Shown here: one piece after another, positions 39,419-53,059 of the stretch | Layout of the letters: each line of letters starts with the position of its first letter | How positions within the stretch are numbered: the first letter of the stretch is position 1 | NCBI GenBank assembly: GCA_013265495.1 | Contig: MU058213.1 | Location: 6,526,066-6,590,065 of the forward strand | DNA length: 64,000 nucleotides | Direction: 5' to 3' | Source: Vicugna vicugna | Taxonomy: Eukaryota | Made by a program: the position numbers and the translations under genes | Notes under the pieces: model-generated | What the model was told of the DNA's origin: nothing | Database searches by the model: none | Seen by the model: the letters and a program-made list of their open reading frames with translations, nothing else

Positions 39419-41124
39419 AACACGTACATTTTTTAATGGGTAACATTGTTTTCTTAAGTAAAATAAGCAGAGGGAATGTTGGAAATACAGTTGTAACATT
39501 ATTTAAATAGTTAAAAATTTTTAAATAATAAGATAAGAATACAGTCAATTGTTTGTATGTTATTTCCATTTCTATGGCTCTTAAAAGATTATTTTTAATG
39601 TCAGATTTAATGATGAGATAAATGTAAACATAATTCTTATTAGAGAGAGCTATATCTGATTTTTCTTAATGACATGATATATGATAATTAAAGTGTGTTT
39701 TAAATCTTAAGGGTTTGACTTCAACACATGAATTCATTTATTAAAGAAAAGAAGTAGACATTGAAATAGGTAAAATACAATAATAAAACTAATTCAGACA
39801 TGACAGTGGAAAATGGAGATGCTTAAAAAGAAAATTTAGAGTATCAGATATTGATGAGAGAAGAATCATAAAATGTTATTCCTAGAATGGTTTTCATATT
39901 CCTATAAATTAAATAAATTGACTCACTTCTGAATGTTAGGGTCTTCAAAATGATATGTATATACTGAAAATATGATCTTTTTTATTGGCTATTGCTACAG
40001 AAAGGGTCATAAGTAATGCCAGCCATTATTAGAATTTAGAAGACATCATTTATTATACTTCAGAATGGCCTGTTACATACAATTGTTATTTAAGAAAATA
40101 TTGAACATGGGATGTAGTTAACTTTTAACATATTGGAAATATTGTTCATTTAAAACTCAAATTCCTCTGTTCTCAAAGAGAATAAAAACTGTTTAATCAC
40201 TTAAAAAAATTTAGACCCCTATCTTAAAGATAAAACTCAAGAAAGATAACCAATGTAATAAAATAGAAATGCCTACATCTTTCTGAAAACATAAGACGCT
40301 ATCATGCTAACACAGAACTTTTCTTCCTTTCAATTCTAATGTCCTCTCAGCATTCATGCTCTCACTAATCCTAGTAGTATTGCTAGCCTTCCTTCCTTCC
40401 CGTCCCACCATGATACCAATTTCTCATTTGATACACTTTCCTAAACTGTGCCATTCGGGTACCTGTTTTGTGTGCTTGTGTATGAAGTTGCAAGAAAAGA
40501 ATAGGGTAAATCCTCCTCTTCTTTCCTAAGGTTAGAGGTGGATCTTGTAATAGTTCACTCCTTCTGTTTATACAGAAATTACATTCAAGTCAGGTCACAT
40601 GAAAATAGGAAATTACCAGCTGTGCCTGCATTTTATGCCAGTAGAAGTATGAGAACAGAAATGCTGCAAAGGCCTTCCTAGGACTTAGGCCGCCATAGAC
40701 ACCTGTGAGAGCCTAGTGGCAGAGACCTCAGATGGGGCAAGTTGGGGTTAAAACTGCACAGAGTTCTGTGTTTGGAGTGCTTACTATCATACAGGATTTA
40801 AGCAGCAGCTGCTACACAGTGCCAAAGAGAGTGGAGGATGACGGAATGCTAACAGTTGGTGCTAAAACCAGAGCAGGAGCCCCGGTACACATTACATTAA
40901 CATGCTGTCCGGGCTTGGCAGCCTCTCCTTACTTTCAGAACTTATCATCACCTTGAACGTGACCTGCTGAAATATTTTCTTTTCTTCGTTCCCCCTCAGT
41001 ACAACCACTATTGTTTTTGTCAGATTTCTCTGTGTAAAAATAAATTACTTTACTTATTTTAATTCATATATATTTCGTGCCGAAGTTGGGGCAGGGTGGG
41101 GAGCTGGGAAGAGGATAATACATA

Positions 41125-41596
41125 CGTCCACAAAAAAATTAATCAGTTGACCTAAGAAATTAATGAAAAATTTTATTTGAGCTGCATTTGAGGATTACAA
41201 CCTGGGAAGAGCCTCTCAGAAAGCTCTGAGAACTGTTCTGCCCATTGGAAATCCAGGCACAGTTAGGTAAGGTTTTTGAGACAGAGGGCTGTACATGAAA
41301 TGACGTATTACTGACATTCTACACAATCCAGATCTGAGCATCATCATGGTGGATCATGGGACCCCTTACAGGATCAAGAAGCAATGTTATCTTCTAAGGA
41401 GTTGTCTTACTGATGCCAGGGGAGTGGTACAGTTGGTGGCTGGGCAGGCACTCCTGCCGCTGGGGGAGGTTTGGTCGATGTATAATGCACGTATACAATG
41501 CACAGTAGTGGGGAGAGACGAGGCCGAAGGGCAGGGACAAATTTTTTATGTTTACATTTTTCTTGTCTTGCCATAAAATATGAATTTAACTTCACA
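41125..41596 (-). mobile_element. Solo LTR (ERV1-like)
   Basis: tttatt (minus-strand AATAAA) at ~41172; shares its R-region with the 29.6-kb LTR; ends ttcaca. Confidence 0.7.
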
Positions 41597-41844
41597 CGTG
41601 CTATGCTTTACACCCAGCCTTGAAAAGCTCTGAATGGGGGCCTGTTTCACCAGACAGAGAGTGAAGGCCCTGCAGAGTGCTTATGGCAGTAAAATTTTTA
41701 TTTTCTTTCTTTTTAAGCCAGGCTTATCAGGCTATAATTTACTTATATTAAAATCCACCCCATTTAGATACACAGTCCTATGAATCTGACACATATACAG
41801 ACTTGTAACCACCACCACAAAGTACAGAATATGTCTATTCTCTT

Positions 41845-42299
41845 TGTTGGGTCAACTGACGTCCTTCAAAGTCCAATGACCCCCACTCCTGGGCTCTCAG
41901 ATGTCTGACATCCTTCACGGGGCAAGTTTGCCCTAACAAACTAACAGCCCCGGGTAACGCCTAATCTCACAATGGCGCAGGTGGGCTTGCTTCAGCCCAC
42001 CTCATCAGAGTTAGACCCCACCGCCCTTCACGGACCCTAAACCTCTTACCTCACCTGCAGCCAGTCAGAGACTTGTGCACAAGCCCGTCAGGCATCTTGG
42101 GACCCCACCTTATAAAACACCCCAACAACCGGCCCTCGGGGCCCACACAGGCACTTGTCGTCTGCGTGGCCCGCTGCTATGACCGTGCACCCCCAATAAA
42201 CTCCTTTCTAGTCCCATACTTTATCTCTGGTAAATTCTTTTACCAACCTGCATGCGTCACCATGTCACTGACCAACTGGTCCCCGTTGTGCCCATAACA
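41845..42299 (+). mobile_element. Solo LTR
   Basis: TGTTGGG...CCCATAACA inverted termini, TATAAAA at ~42111, AATAAA at 42195-42200. Confidence 0.8.
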
Positions 42300-42732
42300 A
42301 CCCTGAGATGGTCACTTTTACCCACCCCCACCCTAGGCCCTGGTAACCACTGACGCATTCTCTGTCCTGCAGTTCTGCCGTTTTGAGAAAGTCCCATAAA
42401 CAGAGTCAATCAGCACGCAGTCTTCTGGGCTGGGCTTCTTTCGCTTCGTATGATGCTTTTTGAGACTTGTCCCTGTTACTGCTTGTCTCTGCAGGGGGTT
42501 CTTGCTGGGTGGTGGGCCACTGCATGGCTGTGCCATCATTTATCCCTCAGCTGATGAATATTTGGGCTCTTTCTTTCTTTCTTTTTTTGTGGTAATTTTG
42601 AATAAAGCAACTATAAACATTTAAGTCAGGGTTTTGTCTGTATATATGTCTTTATTTTCCCTTCAGTGGAATTTATGGTAAGTGTATGTTTAACTTTACA
42701 AGAAACTGCCAAACTGTTTTCCAAAGTAGCTA

Positions 42733-43300
42733 TGAAATCAAGCAGGACCCTGCTGAGCCCTCCTGGGTACAAAAGCCCCCCTTCGTCCCCCGCTTCTTGT
42801 TTGCAGAAAAAGAAAAAGGTTTTAGTTTACTAAGTCTTCCTCAAAGCGTTCCAAAGGACAGGTTCAAGCAGTTAAGATTAGGACAATAGAGTCACAGGAC
42901 TCCTAACTCCTCCTGAAGAGATACAGATAACAATCTGTATATCTGACAGTATATCTGAGTTGTTCTGAAGGAACTAAGATGGTGACTACATAATGACCAG
43001 AAGCACACAAACCCCAGACTGGTTGAAACCAGAAGGCTGATGACTGAGATTCCTGGAATACCACCCTGTTACCTCACCCCCAACCAATCAGAAGAAAGTC
43101 GTGCATCCTGCAGCCCTCATCCTGAATTTGTCTTTAAAAATTCTTCCCTGAAAACTATCACGGAGTTTGTGTTTTTTGAGCTCAAGCCGCCTGTCCTCTT
43201 TGCTTGGCCGCTGCAATAAACGTCTCTCTGCTTCAACTCTGATATTTCTGTGTATTTGGCCTCACTGTGTGTTGGGCACACCAACTTGGGTTCTGTAACA
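42733..43300 (+). mobile_element. Solo LTR (ERV1-like)
   Basis: TGAAAT...GTAACA; CCAAT ~43084, tttaaaaa ~43133, AATAAA 43215-43220; TSD gcta/gctt. Confidence 0.82.
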
Positions 43301-43567
43301 GCTTTTACCATTTTTCATTCCCCCTGCAATGAATGCATGCCAGTTACTGTTGCTCTGCGTCCTTGTCACCTCTTGATATTGTCAGCTTGTTCTGATTTGA
43401 GCCAGTCTAACAGGTGGTAAAGCATGCTGCAATTTTATTAAATCATTTGATACCTATGACATATGATTCCGTGGGGGAATTCAGTCCACAAGGAACTTTT
43501 CCTCTACTTGAGAAGCTAATACAAACACATAAAAATCAAATGGAATAGTAGTCCAATATGGTAGCAC

Positions 43568-44110
43568 TGTTACCTGAAAATTGGGTTTGCCTCTTGGTAG
43601 GTGTTGAGCCAAAAGAAATACTCAAGTCAAAGAAGGATTTATTACTTGTAGCAACTAAAAACAAAACAAAATAAAACACTAGGGATCTTTCCTAAAGCAG
43701 TGTCTCCCTGAATAGCAAAACCGGGGAACTTTTAAGCTAAGGGTACACGCATATTCATGAAGGGGCTTCGGTGGCTGACAGAGTTCAAGCTTTAGTTGAC
43801 TGAAGTCACAAGGGTGAGAAAAGGTCAACATCATCATTCCTTAGGTTCCAGCTGAGCTGATGGTTGAAGCTTCAGGCTAATCTCTACCATTGAAACAGAA
43901 CTGGGAGTCTTTGCAACTGATATACTCTCTTTGCTACTGTTACTTCTCTTCCTGGTAACAGTTGCCTGTCCCTGCATTCTTTTATTCCCTTGAGATCATT
44001 CATTGCTGAACAAGCACTGTGGCCAGGCTTAGATCACAAACTGGCTTCGGCCAAAAATGGCACATGCCTGGTTCTCTTCCTCTGGGGAACCCTTACTCTA
44101 TCTGCTAATA
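43568..44110 (-). mobile_element. Solo LTR, same family as 27389-27978
   Basis: Starts tgttacctgaaaa, colinear with the 27.4-kb copy; TSD gcac/gcat. Confidence 0.85.
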
Positions 44111-44364
44111 GCATGAATGATATCAAAAGAAAGTTCATGATTGATTCCAAATTAATCACTGCGATAGCAGGTAACTATCCCTGTGTGTTTTTGTGGACCC
44201 CAAGTCTAAACGATTCTTCCTTCACAGACTGGAACTGGGTTTTTCTTTCTGGTATCACCTCATTCTAAATTACGACAGCAATTTCTAACTGGTTTTGTGT
44301 CCTCTAGACTCGTGCTGCTACAATCAGTCCTCATTACAGCCATCGAACTGAGCTACTGAAAACA

Positions 44365-44942
44365 ATTTTCTGTTGCTGCAAAACAAATGACCACAGATTT
44401 GGTGGTTTAAAACAATAACGCTCTTTGACATGTTCAGGGTTCTGTAGGTCAGAGATCTGGGCACAGTGTGACAGAGTTCTCTGCTTAAGATCTCAAAGCT
44501 AAAATCAAGGTACTGGCTGGGCTACATACCAATCTGGAACTGGGGCCCTGTTCCAAGCTTATATGGAGAATTCAATTCCTTGTGGCTGTAGGACCAGGTT
44601 CCCATTCCTCACAGGCTAACCACTGGGAGAAATGCTTTCGGTTCCTCTTGGCCATTCTCACCCCCTGACAGGTGACCCTCTTTATCTTCAAAGACAATAA
44701 TCTTCCATCAAACCCTTCTCATGCTTCAAATATTTCTAAGGAGTGATCAATTCCATTTAAGGGCTCACTGGATTAGGTCTGGTTCACCCAGATTAATCTA
44801 TTTTCTTCAGAGTTAACTGTTTCACAAAACATAACCTAATCATGGTTGTGATGCCCCATTCACACTCAAGGATAGGAACGAGGCAAGGTGTACATATTAG
44901 GGAGGAAGAATCTTGGGCCATCTTATAATTCTATCTACTATA
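44365..44942 (-). mobile_element. MaLR LTR (MLT1-like)
   Basis: tgttgctgcaaaacaaatgaccacagatttggtggtttaaaacaa is a typical MLT1 terminus. Confidence 0.75.
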
Positions 44943-47900
44943 TGCACTAAATAGTTATTTAAATTAAGTAACATTTAAAACCAACCTAATTTCAAAGCTC
45001 ACTGTTTATTATGTCTTACTTACTTCCTCTGAGTTCACTTTTCCCTTTGACAAGATTATTTATTATTTGACATTGATTATACTGTTATTTGACAAGATTC
45101 TTTAGGGATTATTTTTATTTGAGAGCTAGTAACAGGTAAACACTTTCAGTTGCCAGAAAATGTCTTTGTTTTATTCTTACTCTTCAATTACAGGTCAGAC
45201 TTATGTGGAATTCTGACACTTGCAGCTACTTCCCATTGCCTTCTGGTGTCTGAAGACTGAAGTTGGCTATTAGTTTAATGGTACTCCTTCTGTAAGTAAT
45301 GCTTTCCCCTCCTTGATAACATTTAAAGTTTCTCTTTAACAGTGACATTTTCCAATTCACTAGGATAAGGCTAAGTGTGTACTTAATTTATTTTCCTGTT
45401 GGTTTCTACAGTACATTTTCAATTTAAGAACTTTTGCCTTTCTTAAATTTTGCACAATTCTATTTTTTCCAAATACTGTCTCTCCTATAGTCTTTTCAAT
45501 CTCTTTTCCCTGAAACTTTGTATTGTTCCCTTTCTTAGAATTAGTTTTCTTCCTATGCTTTAGAATTTAGATCTTCAGATTCAGGCGAGGGGGGAGGTTT
45601 TGGTTTCTCTCCCTCTCTGTGCTGACCTCCTGCTGTCAAGTGATGTTACAGTTGCCTTCACATGGTCTCCTCTAGAGACCTCAGGCTAGAACTCAGTGTA
45701 GTGGCAACTGCTCCCATCTCCCATCCTAGGGGATATTATTAACATGCAAGGTAATATTGCATCAGGTCCAAGTCAAGGGGCTGTGTCTGTGTCCCCTCAC
45801 CTCTACAGATGCTGATTTTCTCATAAATCATATTCCTGGGCCAAAGCACCCTTGAACTTGACAGCTCCACCCCTAGTCATGGCTTCAAGCAGTGAGAGGG
45901 GCTTTAGTTCCCCACCTGCTTTTCTCCCTGTTATCTCACCAAAGCTGAACTCCTATCTCTTCTATAGGCTTTCAGATCCAGAGAATGTCCACGGCTTCAG
46001 CCCTAGCTATCACAAGGTTTTGAGCAGAGGACTGATATAGTATGATGCACATTTTAAAGAACTATACTGGTTGCTGCACTGAGAATAGGCTTTGGGGATC
46101 AGTGGTGTGGCTGAGGGGAGCCAGAGTGGAGGCAGGGAGACCATGAAGAGGCTGTTGCAATGATCAGAGATGATGGTAGCTCAGACCGACACCAGGGAAA
46201 GCAAAGAATCGAGGCTGACCACTAGAGGTCTGCTCTGGGCAGCTGGGTGGATGGTGTGCTCTTCGCTGAAATAGGGAAAAGGCTAGATCTTTTCCCTAAG
46301 GAATGAGGTGGTTGTCCAAACCCAGATGATTCGGGTCTGTGGCAGCCCCCTCGATTCCACATGCGAAGCAAACAGTTAGAGGGAATTTGGTCTCCCACAT
46401 GGAGGTCAGAGATCTACTGGACTAAAGGATTAAGAGGTTGCAAAAGGATGGGGTCCTCTAAAATTGGGGTGGATCACCCTGATAAAGGAGCCCCAAGGTA
46501 TTGACAGTCGATGGCTGATCTACTCTAGTCCCAGCTCAGCCTCTGTTTCTGTGTATTCAGTGCCACCTACTTGCCTGAATCAGCCTGCGTCCAGTCTGAT
46601 CTTTCAGGTTGGGGCTATCTCCCTTCTGCGCGACACTTCTGGTTTAGTTTAATCCCGTTACCTTGGCAGTTAGCCTTGGCATCCTTACCACTCATGAGAA
46701 ATCAAAAGATAATTTAGATTCATAACCAAAGTATCATTTAGGGCATGTATCTGTGCATGGAAAGTGAAATCAAATGTTGAGGCAATTAAGAGAATTATTC
46801 AGCCAAAGACATTTCTTCCTCCCTTATATGGATATTTCATGAAAAATCTCTAGGCTTGTCATTAACTAGCTCATTACTTTAATTAACCACTTCATTATGT
46901 AAGTGTAGACACAGCCTTAAAATTATTTGTACTGTTTCTTCCTGTGTGTAAATAACTGTGGAGTAAAAATATTAATTTATGAATGTAATTGTGTAGGTGA
47001 TCACTCCACATTTACTCAGAATTAGCAATTAGCGCATGCAAATCAGCTAAGACAAAAGTCTCCCTGATCCTGTTCAGAATACAGGAAGAGTTAATTTGCA
47101 AGAATGCCCGCTTCTGGCCCATTTGATTCTCAAAAGTCACGTTCTCGCCTCTGAAAATCAGAAAGCGACCATATTTGTTGTGAGCTTTATGATCAGTGTT
47201 AATGCCCTTGCAAACACAAGAAATAAAATGCCAACAAATCATCATCCATTACCTAATTATATTTACCTAGACAGATAAAGTTGGGGGGTGGGGAGAAGAC
47301 TGTATTTTTTTTTAAAAAGATATTTCTCATTTTGCAAACAAGGATGAAATTTATAGTATAATTATCTCTCATAGTGCCATACAGAGCCTTTTCTGTTCAT
47401 CGCACCCAAGTCCTGAGATTTTTCTCCCAAAGAGATATAAAATGTGTGTTGACTCCCAATTAAATCAGTTCTCCATCCAGGGGGCTAGTGCTAATGGGAT
47501 TTAACGTTCCGGAGGTTTCACTGGGGCTCACAGTAGGAAAACTCTGACGAGCAACATCACTCCTTCAGCAAGACAAGCATCAACCAGAACAGAATGGAAC
47601 AGCCTCCTTGGACATCATCAATTGTGGAAGTTCTCAGAATTATTCATCTTCATTACAAATCATGCTTGTGGTTGAGTTGCCTTGATCAAAGGACAGTATT
47701 TGTACCTTTACTTCTAGGTTATCTATTTTAAGACGTACTGTCCTGAAGTTTTATAAGATGCACCCACAAGTCTGTGTCAACCGAGCTAGTGCTCTAGTCA
47801 CTGTGATCACATCTATTCTTAACTCCTTGTGTGTCCTGGGGAAGCATGGAGGAGCCAGTCTTCCTAAGTCGAAAGCTACCTTGAAAAGGCACTGGCTGGA

Positions 47901-47987
47901 CTGGGTTATGGAAGATAAAGTTGTGTATCCAGTCCACTTCTCATTTACTCATGAATTCAGTGTTTCGATTTGTGTTCTCCTGCTTAG

Positions 47988-48021
47988 TGCAAGTCCCTGG
48001 CATCACCACCAGAGGGAGCAA
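47988..48021 (+). promoter_or_regulatory. Candidate CTCF site with upstream motif
   Basis: TGCAAGTC-N8-CACCACCAGAGGGAGCA. Confidence 0.6.
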
Positions 48022-48719
48022 GGTCAATGTCTGGAGAGAAGAGCAAGCCGCTTGACATCAGTACTCACAGCAGTGACAGATAATTTATCTACGGCTGATA
48101 TCTAACGGCCAGCCACAAGCTAGGTATTTTACAGTATTCTTCTTTACTTTTAATGTCTTAAGATTAAATTATATTATTTGTTTTTTAAATTGACAATATA
48201 TTCACAAATGAAAAAAATTTGAAGTCCAAAGGGTATATTATAACAGCTCTCCACTGTCACCTTTGTCCCCCATTCTCCCAGCTACCTTTCCCACAGGCAG
48301 CTAACGTTACCAGTTTCTTGTGATATTTCGTTTCACAGGTTTGTAACGTTACCTATTTCTTTAGAGCTAATTTACGCATATTACAGAAATGAATACATCC
48401 TTTCCCTACCCCTTTAAAGAGAAATTGTAGTATGCTAGGCACATGGTTCTGTGTTTAATGATACATCTTAGAGACTTCCATATAAATACGAAAAGATCTT
48501 CTCCAGTCTTTTTTATGATTTCACTGTTTGTCTACTGTCATTTCTCCGTATGATCTCCAGGTCCACGTGGGCAGCAGGGGAGTCTGGGGAACCCTACTCT
48601 ATGGATGAAAAAAACGGACAGCCAGGGAGGTGGGTGTCAAGACCTGGGTTTTCAGGTTCTGAAAATGGTAACTTTCTTACATTTGTTCTTCTCATTATAC
48701 TTGTGGTGATTTATAGTCA

Positions 48720-49110
48720 GACACTTGTATGCCCTTGTGACAGTTTCTCTCTAAAATGCCCCTTGAATCCATTTCTTTCCATCCTTACTGTCCATGGGAT
48801 AGGCTGGATTCTTAACATGTCTTCCTCTGTTCTTACCCTGGTCTCCTCAATGGCCCTCCTGCCCCCATCTGCCCTCCCTCCTAATTCAGTTTTCATGTGA
48901 CTCCCATATACAAGAAATGGAACATCCGAGTTTATCAAGGACAGCATAATATATCATTACTTATTGTTTATTGACTGTCTCCTCTCTCCCCTAGAATATA
49001 AGCAGGGACTTAGTTTTGAACCCTGCTGTCCCCCTAACCTCTGGAACAGTGTCTGGCATATACAAGATGCTCAGTAAACATTTGTTGAACAAATGAGTGA
49101 ATGAATAAAG
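48720..49110 (+). mobile_element. L2 3' fragment
   Basis: gaacagtgtctggcatata...gctcagtaaacatttgttgaacaaatgagtgaatgaa. Confidence 0.7.
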
Positions 49111-50649
49111 CAATGAATGACTTTGTGTGCAATGATCATTCTTTTTTGGGCCTATCGAAAGCCTTCTTGTTCTTCAAGGCAGAGCTGACCTCCCCTAATC
49201 ACTTTACTCTCTGAGCACTTTTCCCCATATCACAGCATTCATCAAATTCTTCTTCCTAGTACATTATTTTTGTACAAATCTGTTACCCGACTGGTTACCT
49301 CAAACGCTCACCTCTGTGTCCCCTACAGCATCCAGCACCTTAAAGATGGGAGTAATCAGTTAGCATTAAGCTGGTGAATAATCTCAACTTCAACAGGTGA
49401 CTCTATCATCATCCTTTGTGGTCAATTCCAGTGACCTCACCAATTTAAAATGGGAGAGATTTCGATCGATGTGCACTTTGAGCATTTACGTCACATGGTT
49501 AGGTTCTGTGCGGGATACAGAAGGAATATAAGGCATGCTGCTGATCCTTAAGGGGCTTATTGTTCAATTTGGAACGTAAGATGATTCCACTGGCCACAGC
49601 ATCAGAACCACCTAGGATTTTTGTTAAAAATTTCTGTGTCCTACACAAGACCTCCTAGGCAGAATTTCTAAGGGAGGTGGCTGAGAATCTGCGTAATTAA
49701 GGGGCTACCCCGGTAACTTTTGTTCTCAGTAAAACTTTGACTTAATAAAGGCACCAGCTACCGTCATTCCTTCTTCCACTTCCAATACGGTACATTTGAT
49801 CCTTAATTATAGATCCAGTCAGCTCCCAGATCCTAGGACTAATGCTAAGGTCTTCAAGATCAACATGCAATGACTTAGTATTAAATCACCTTTGCTACAA
49901 GTCTGCTATCTCATTCATTCGTTCCTTCATCAAGATTTATTGAGAACTTGCTGGGTTTTTCTGTATACTCTTGAGTCTCAGGTCTTGTGGAGTTTTACCC
50001 TGATCCCCATTTCCAAACCTTATCTGCTAACCTCCCATTACAGAAGTTTTCCTTCAGACTAAAGTCTCATCTTGGCCTTATTCTTCCTCCCTTGAGACTG
50101 GAGCTGTGTCCTGGGTACTAGGCCAGTGGCTCGCACCCAGATGCTTGTTGACAGTGTTTCCAGAGGCTGAAGCTTAACTGCCCGGTCTGTGGCTTTCACC
50201 TTTCCCAGATCTGGAGCACCAGGTCTACAGCCTCTCCACTGTCCTGGCTCATTTTAAATAAATGGACACAGCCTTCATGTGGAGAGCAAGGTTTGAAAGA
50301 TATGATCATGAATAGGGAGTTTTTCCAATTATAAAGTCTTATACAAAGCTAATTATTATCATGAAAGTGTAGAGCCCCAGGTATAAGTTCGGAATCTTAT
50401 CAGCACAGAGGGTTAGCATTAGGGTTAGGGTGTTCAGCCCAATGAAAACACAGGAGACCACTACAAACATCCTCCTCATAGTTGCAAAGTTACATAGAAA
50501 CAAGGTCTTGTAGATGCACCATATTCAAAAGCATATGAATACATCTAATGGGTTTACTTAAAACTTACTTGAAGCTATATAAAAAGTCCATTTTTTTTAA
50601 AGAAAAGAAAAGGCAAAACGCTGACCAGAAAGGACAGGGTAAAGTAGAC

Positions 50650-51152
50650 AGTATTGGTTGCCTACCCAGCAGCCCTTCCATCTTCCCCTATTTCTTTCTT
50701 GCTGGCAGGGCTGATGCTCATTTCAGAGGCTAAAGGTCAGAAAGGAACTTTCCCACCTTCCTTGTGGCCAGGACATTGGCATTGACCCAGTAAGTCTTGA
50801 CCAGTAGACCCAAGGGGAGGTCTACTGGTGACGTTCTGTGAAAAGTTTTCCTCCCTGGAAAAAAGAGAAGCATTGTCCTTTCTGCCTCCAGACATGGTTA
50901 CTACCGTGATGTCTGGAGTGGTAGCAGCCACGTTGCAACAATGAGGGGATGAGTCTGAGAATGGCAGACAACACATGGAAGAAAACTAAGCATTATGGCA
51001 GAGCCTGGTCATGGATGTCACTGTTGAGGTACTGACCTAACCTTCTCTGCAGCCTCTGCTCTTAGACCTCTTTCATGTAAAATAGTCAATGCTCTTTTAT
51101 TTAAGTCACGTTCAGGTAAGTTTTCTACATTTGCAGCTAAAATAATCCTAAT
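50650..51152 (+). mobile_element. Old MaLR LTR (MLT1H/J-like)
   Basis: ctggagtggtagcagccacgttgcaacaatgaggg; terminal tttgcagctaaaataatcctaat. Confidence 0.6.
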
Positions 51153-51560
51153 TTTAAACATAACCTTTACATTAACCATCTTAATTTGCTATTGCCCTGG
51201 GTGTTTGTAAGACCCATTTCATTCACTTAGCATCCTTCTCTGACTGAGACTTTGCCTTGAGGATCAGCTACAGCGTAGTAGAGATGTTATTGGGTTATGA
51301 GATTATATATATTATATATCTTAATTTTCACAAGCGAAGCTCAACTGGTTCTCCCACTGCACAACGTAATACTGATTCTGTTTTATAGGTCTGGTAAGTA
51401 AGGTAGAGTGTGCTGTGTAGACCTACGCAGAGAAGGGGTGTTAAAGGTGATACGAGACTTCTATGTCTCTGACTCAGTTCTGTTGTTAAAAACTTCTAGC
51501 CATACGATATACTATTCTGATTTACGTATTAAAATTACCTGCCACAATACAATGACATGC

Positions 51561-51906
51561 AGAGACTGCCAAGATGGCAGAGTGGAAGGATGCGGTGCTC
51601 ACCCTCTCCCACAATTACATCAGAGACTACATCTACTTACAGAACAGTTCTCACGGAATACCTACTGAACTTTGGCAGAATATATCTTACAATTGGAAAC
51701 ACAAAATCCTCACAAAACCAGATAAACAACAAGCACAGGGAACTACATTCAATATCTTGTAGTAACCTATCATGAAAAAGAACATGAAAAGGAATTTATG
51801 TATGTATAGGTATGACTGAAACATGATGCCATACACCAGAAATTGATACACTGTAAACTGACTATACTTTAATTACAAAAGAAAACCAAAACCAAAACCA
51901 AAAACT
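51561..51906 (+). mobile_element. Short bipartite L1-derived element (L1 5'-end-like segment joined to L1 3' UTR end)
   Basis: YY1-type CAAGATGGC at 51570-51578; 51716-51880 aligns with the L1 3' UTR at 1929-2100; A-rich tail; TSD core aatgacatg at 51551-51559 and 51907-51915. Confidence 0.75.
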
Positions 51907-53059
51907 AATGACATGATTGAAGAATATCTTCTTCACTCAAAGCATGCTGGGAATTTTGTTTCAGTTAATTGGAGATATGTGTGTGCCTCTGCGTTTAAAA
52001 GTTTGCAAAGGCCCACTGTTTACTTTCTTTTCAGCTAAACTATCCAGGGATTTTTTTTTTTTTAGTTTTCATGCAAGAAAGTGCACTTACTGTACATTTT
52101 CAGTGCTGTGTTCTACACGTTAAGCACACAAGGACCATAACCCCAGATTTAATCAAAATCTGATGAAGAATCTCATATATAAAGTTTGCAAGGTTCTTGT
52201 TCTGAGATCCCAGACCCACACTATAAGCACTTGGCCTTTGCAAATGATAGGAATGTTGAACACATTTCATTTCAATGAAACAAATTAACAAGAATCTCAA
52301 ATTCTTTTAGTAAGGGTTTGCTAGACAAGAGATATTGTGTACTCTGGCAATAGTACTAATTCTTTTAGTCTTATCAGTATTTCTAATTATTCCTTACAAT
52401 GACGTTTACAGTTATAACATGATCCTGAATGAATTAAGAAAAGCAATAAAAAGATGTTGAAATCCACAATAGCAAAAGACAGTTATTTTAGCATTTTTCT
52501 TACAATCCAGATAAGTAGTATTTAGAAGAGTTAGTCTATTTAAAATGTTCTATTGTAAAAATTAGAAAGGAAGTGATTCAATTATAGCAGATTATTTTTC
52601 AGGAATAAGATCAAGGAGCAACAGGTAATATACTAAAGAGAAAAGATGGACAGCATTTCCAAAATATGACTATTTTCCACATTTTAGGAATAAAATGCAA
52701 TCTTCAGTGACTTGGAAGTGCAAAATTATATATGATGGATGCTAACTGAATTATAAATAAAGCAGTTACGCTTTACAACATAATCTTACCAGTTTGAGAC
52801 TGGAAATTACCAAAGTGCATGAATACTGAAAAGCAAAAATAATTTCTTGCATTGCAAAGATAATATATATTCATTTTTTAAACAATTACAAAATACAGAT
52901 AAACAGATAAAAAATAAAAATATAAACAGTCCCACTGCTCAGTGATTACCGTATTTTGATGTATATTTTTTGATCTGTCTCTTTGTATCACATATATTAT
53001 GATGTACAACTTCTACAAAATGGGATTATAGCTTACATACTGTATTATATCCTGATTTT

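Larger units (their letters stand above)
41720..43420 (-). mobile_element. Old L1 fragment interrupted by two solo LTRs
   Basis: cttgtaaccaccaccacaa; ccctggtaaccactga; agaaactgccaaactgttttccaaagtagc...accatttttcattccc. Confidence 0.7.

Noticed and set aside
46217..46235. CTCF-like CCACTAGAGGTCTG
   Set aside because: Mismatch in the GGC core and lies within an apparent L2 relic.
50410..50430. TTAGGG-like units (gggttagcattagggttaggg)
   Set aside because: Only two perfect units; compatible with chance.
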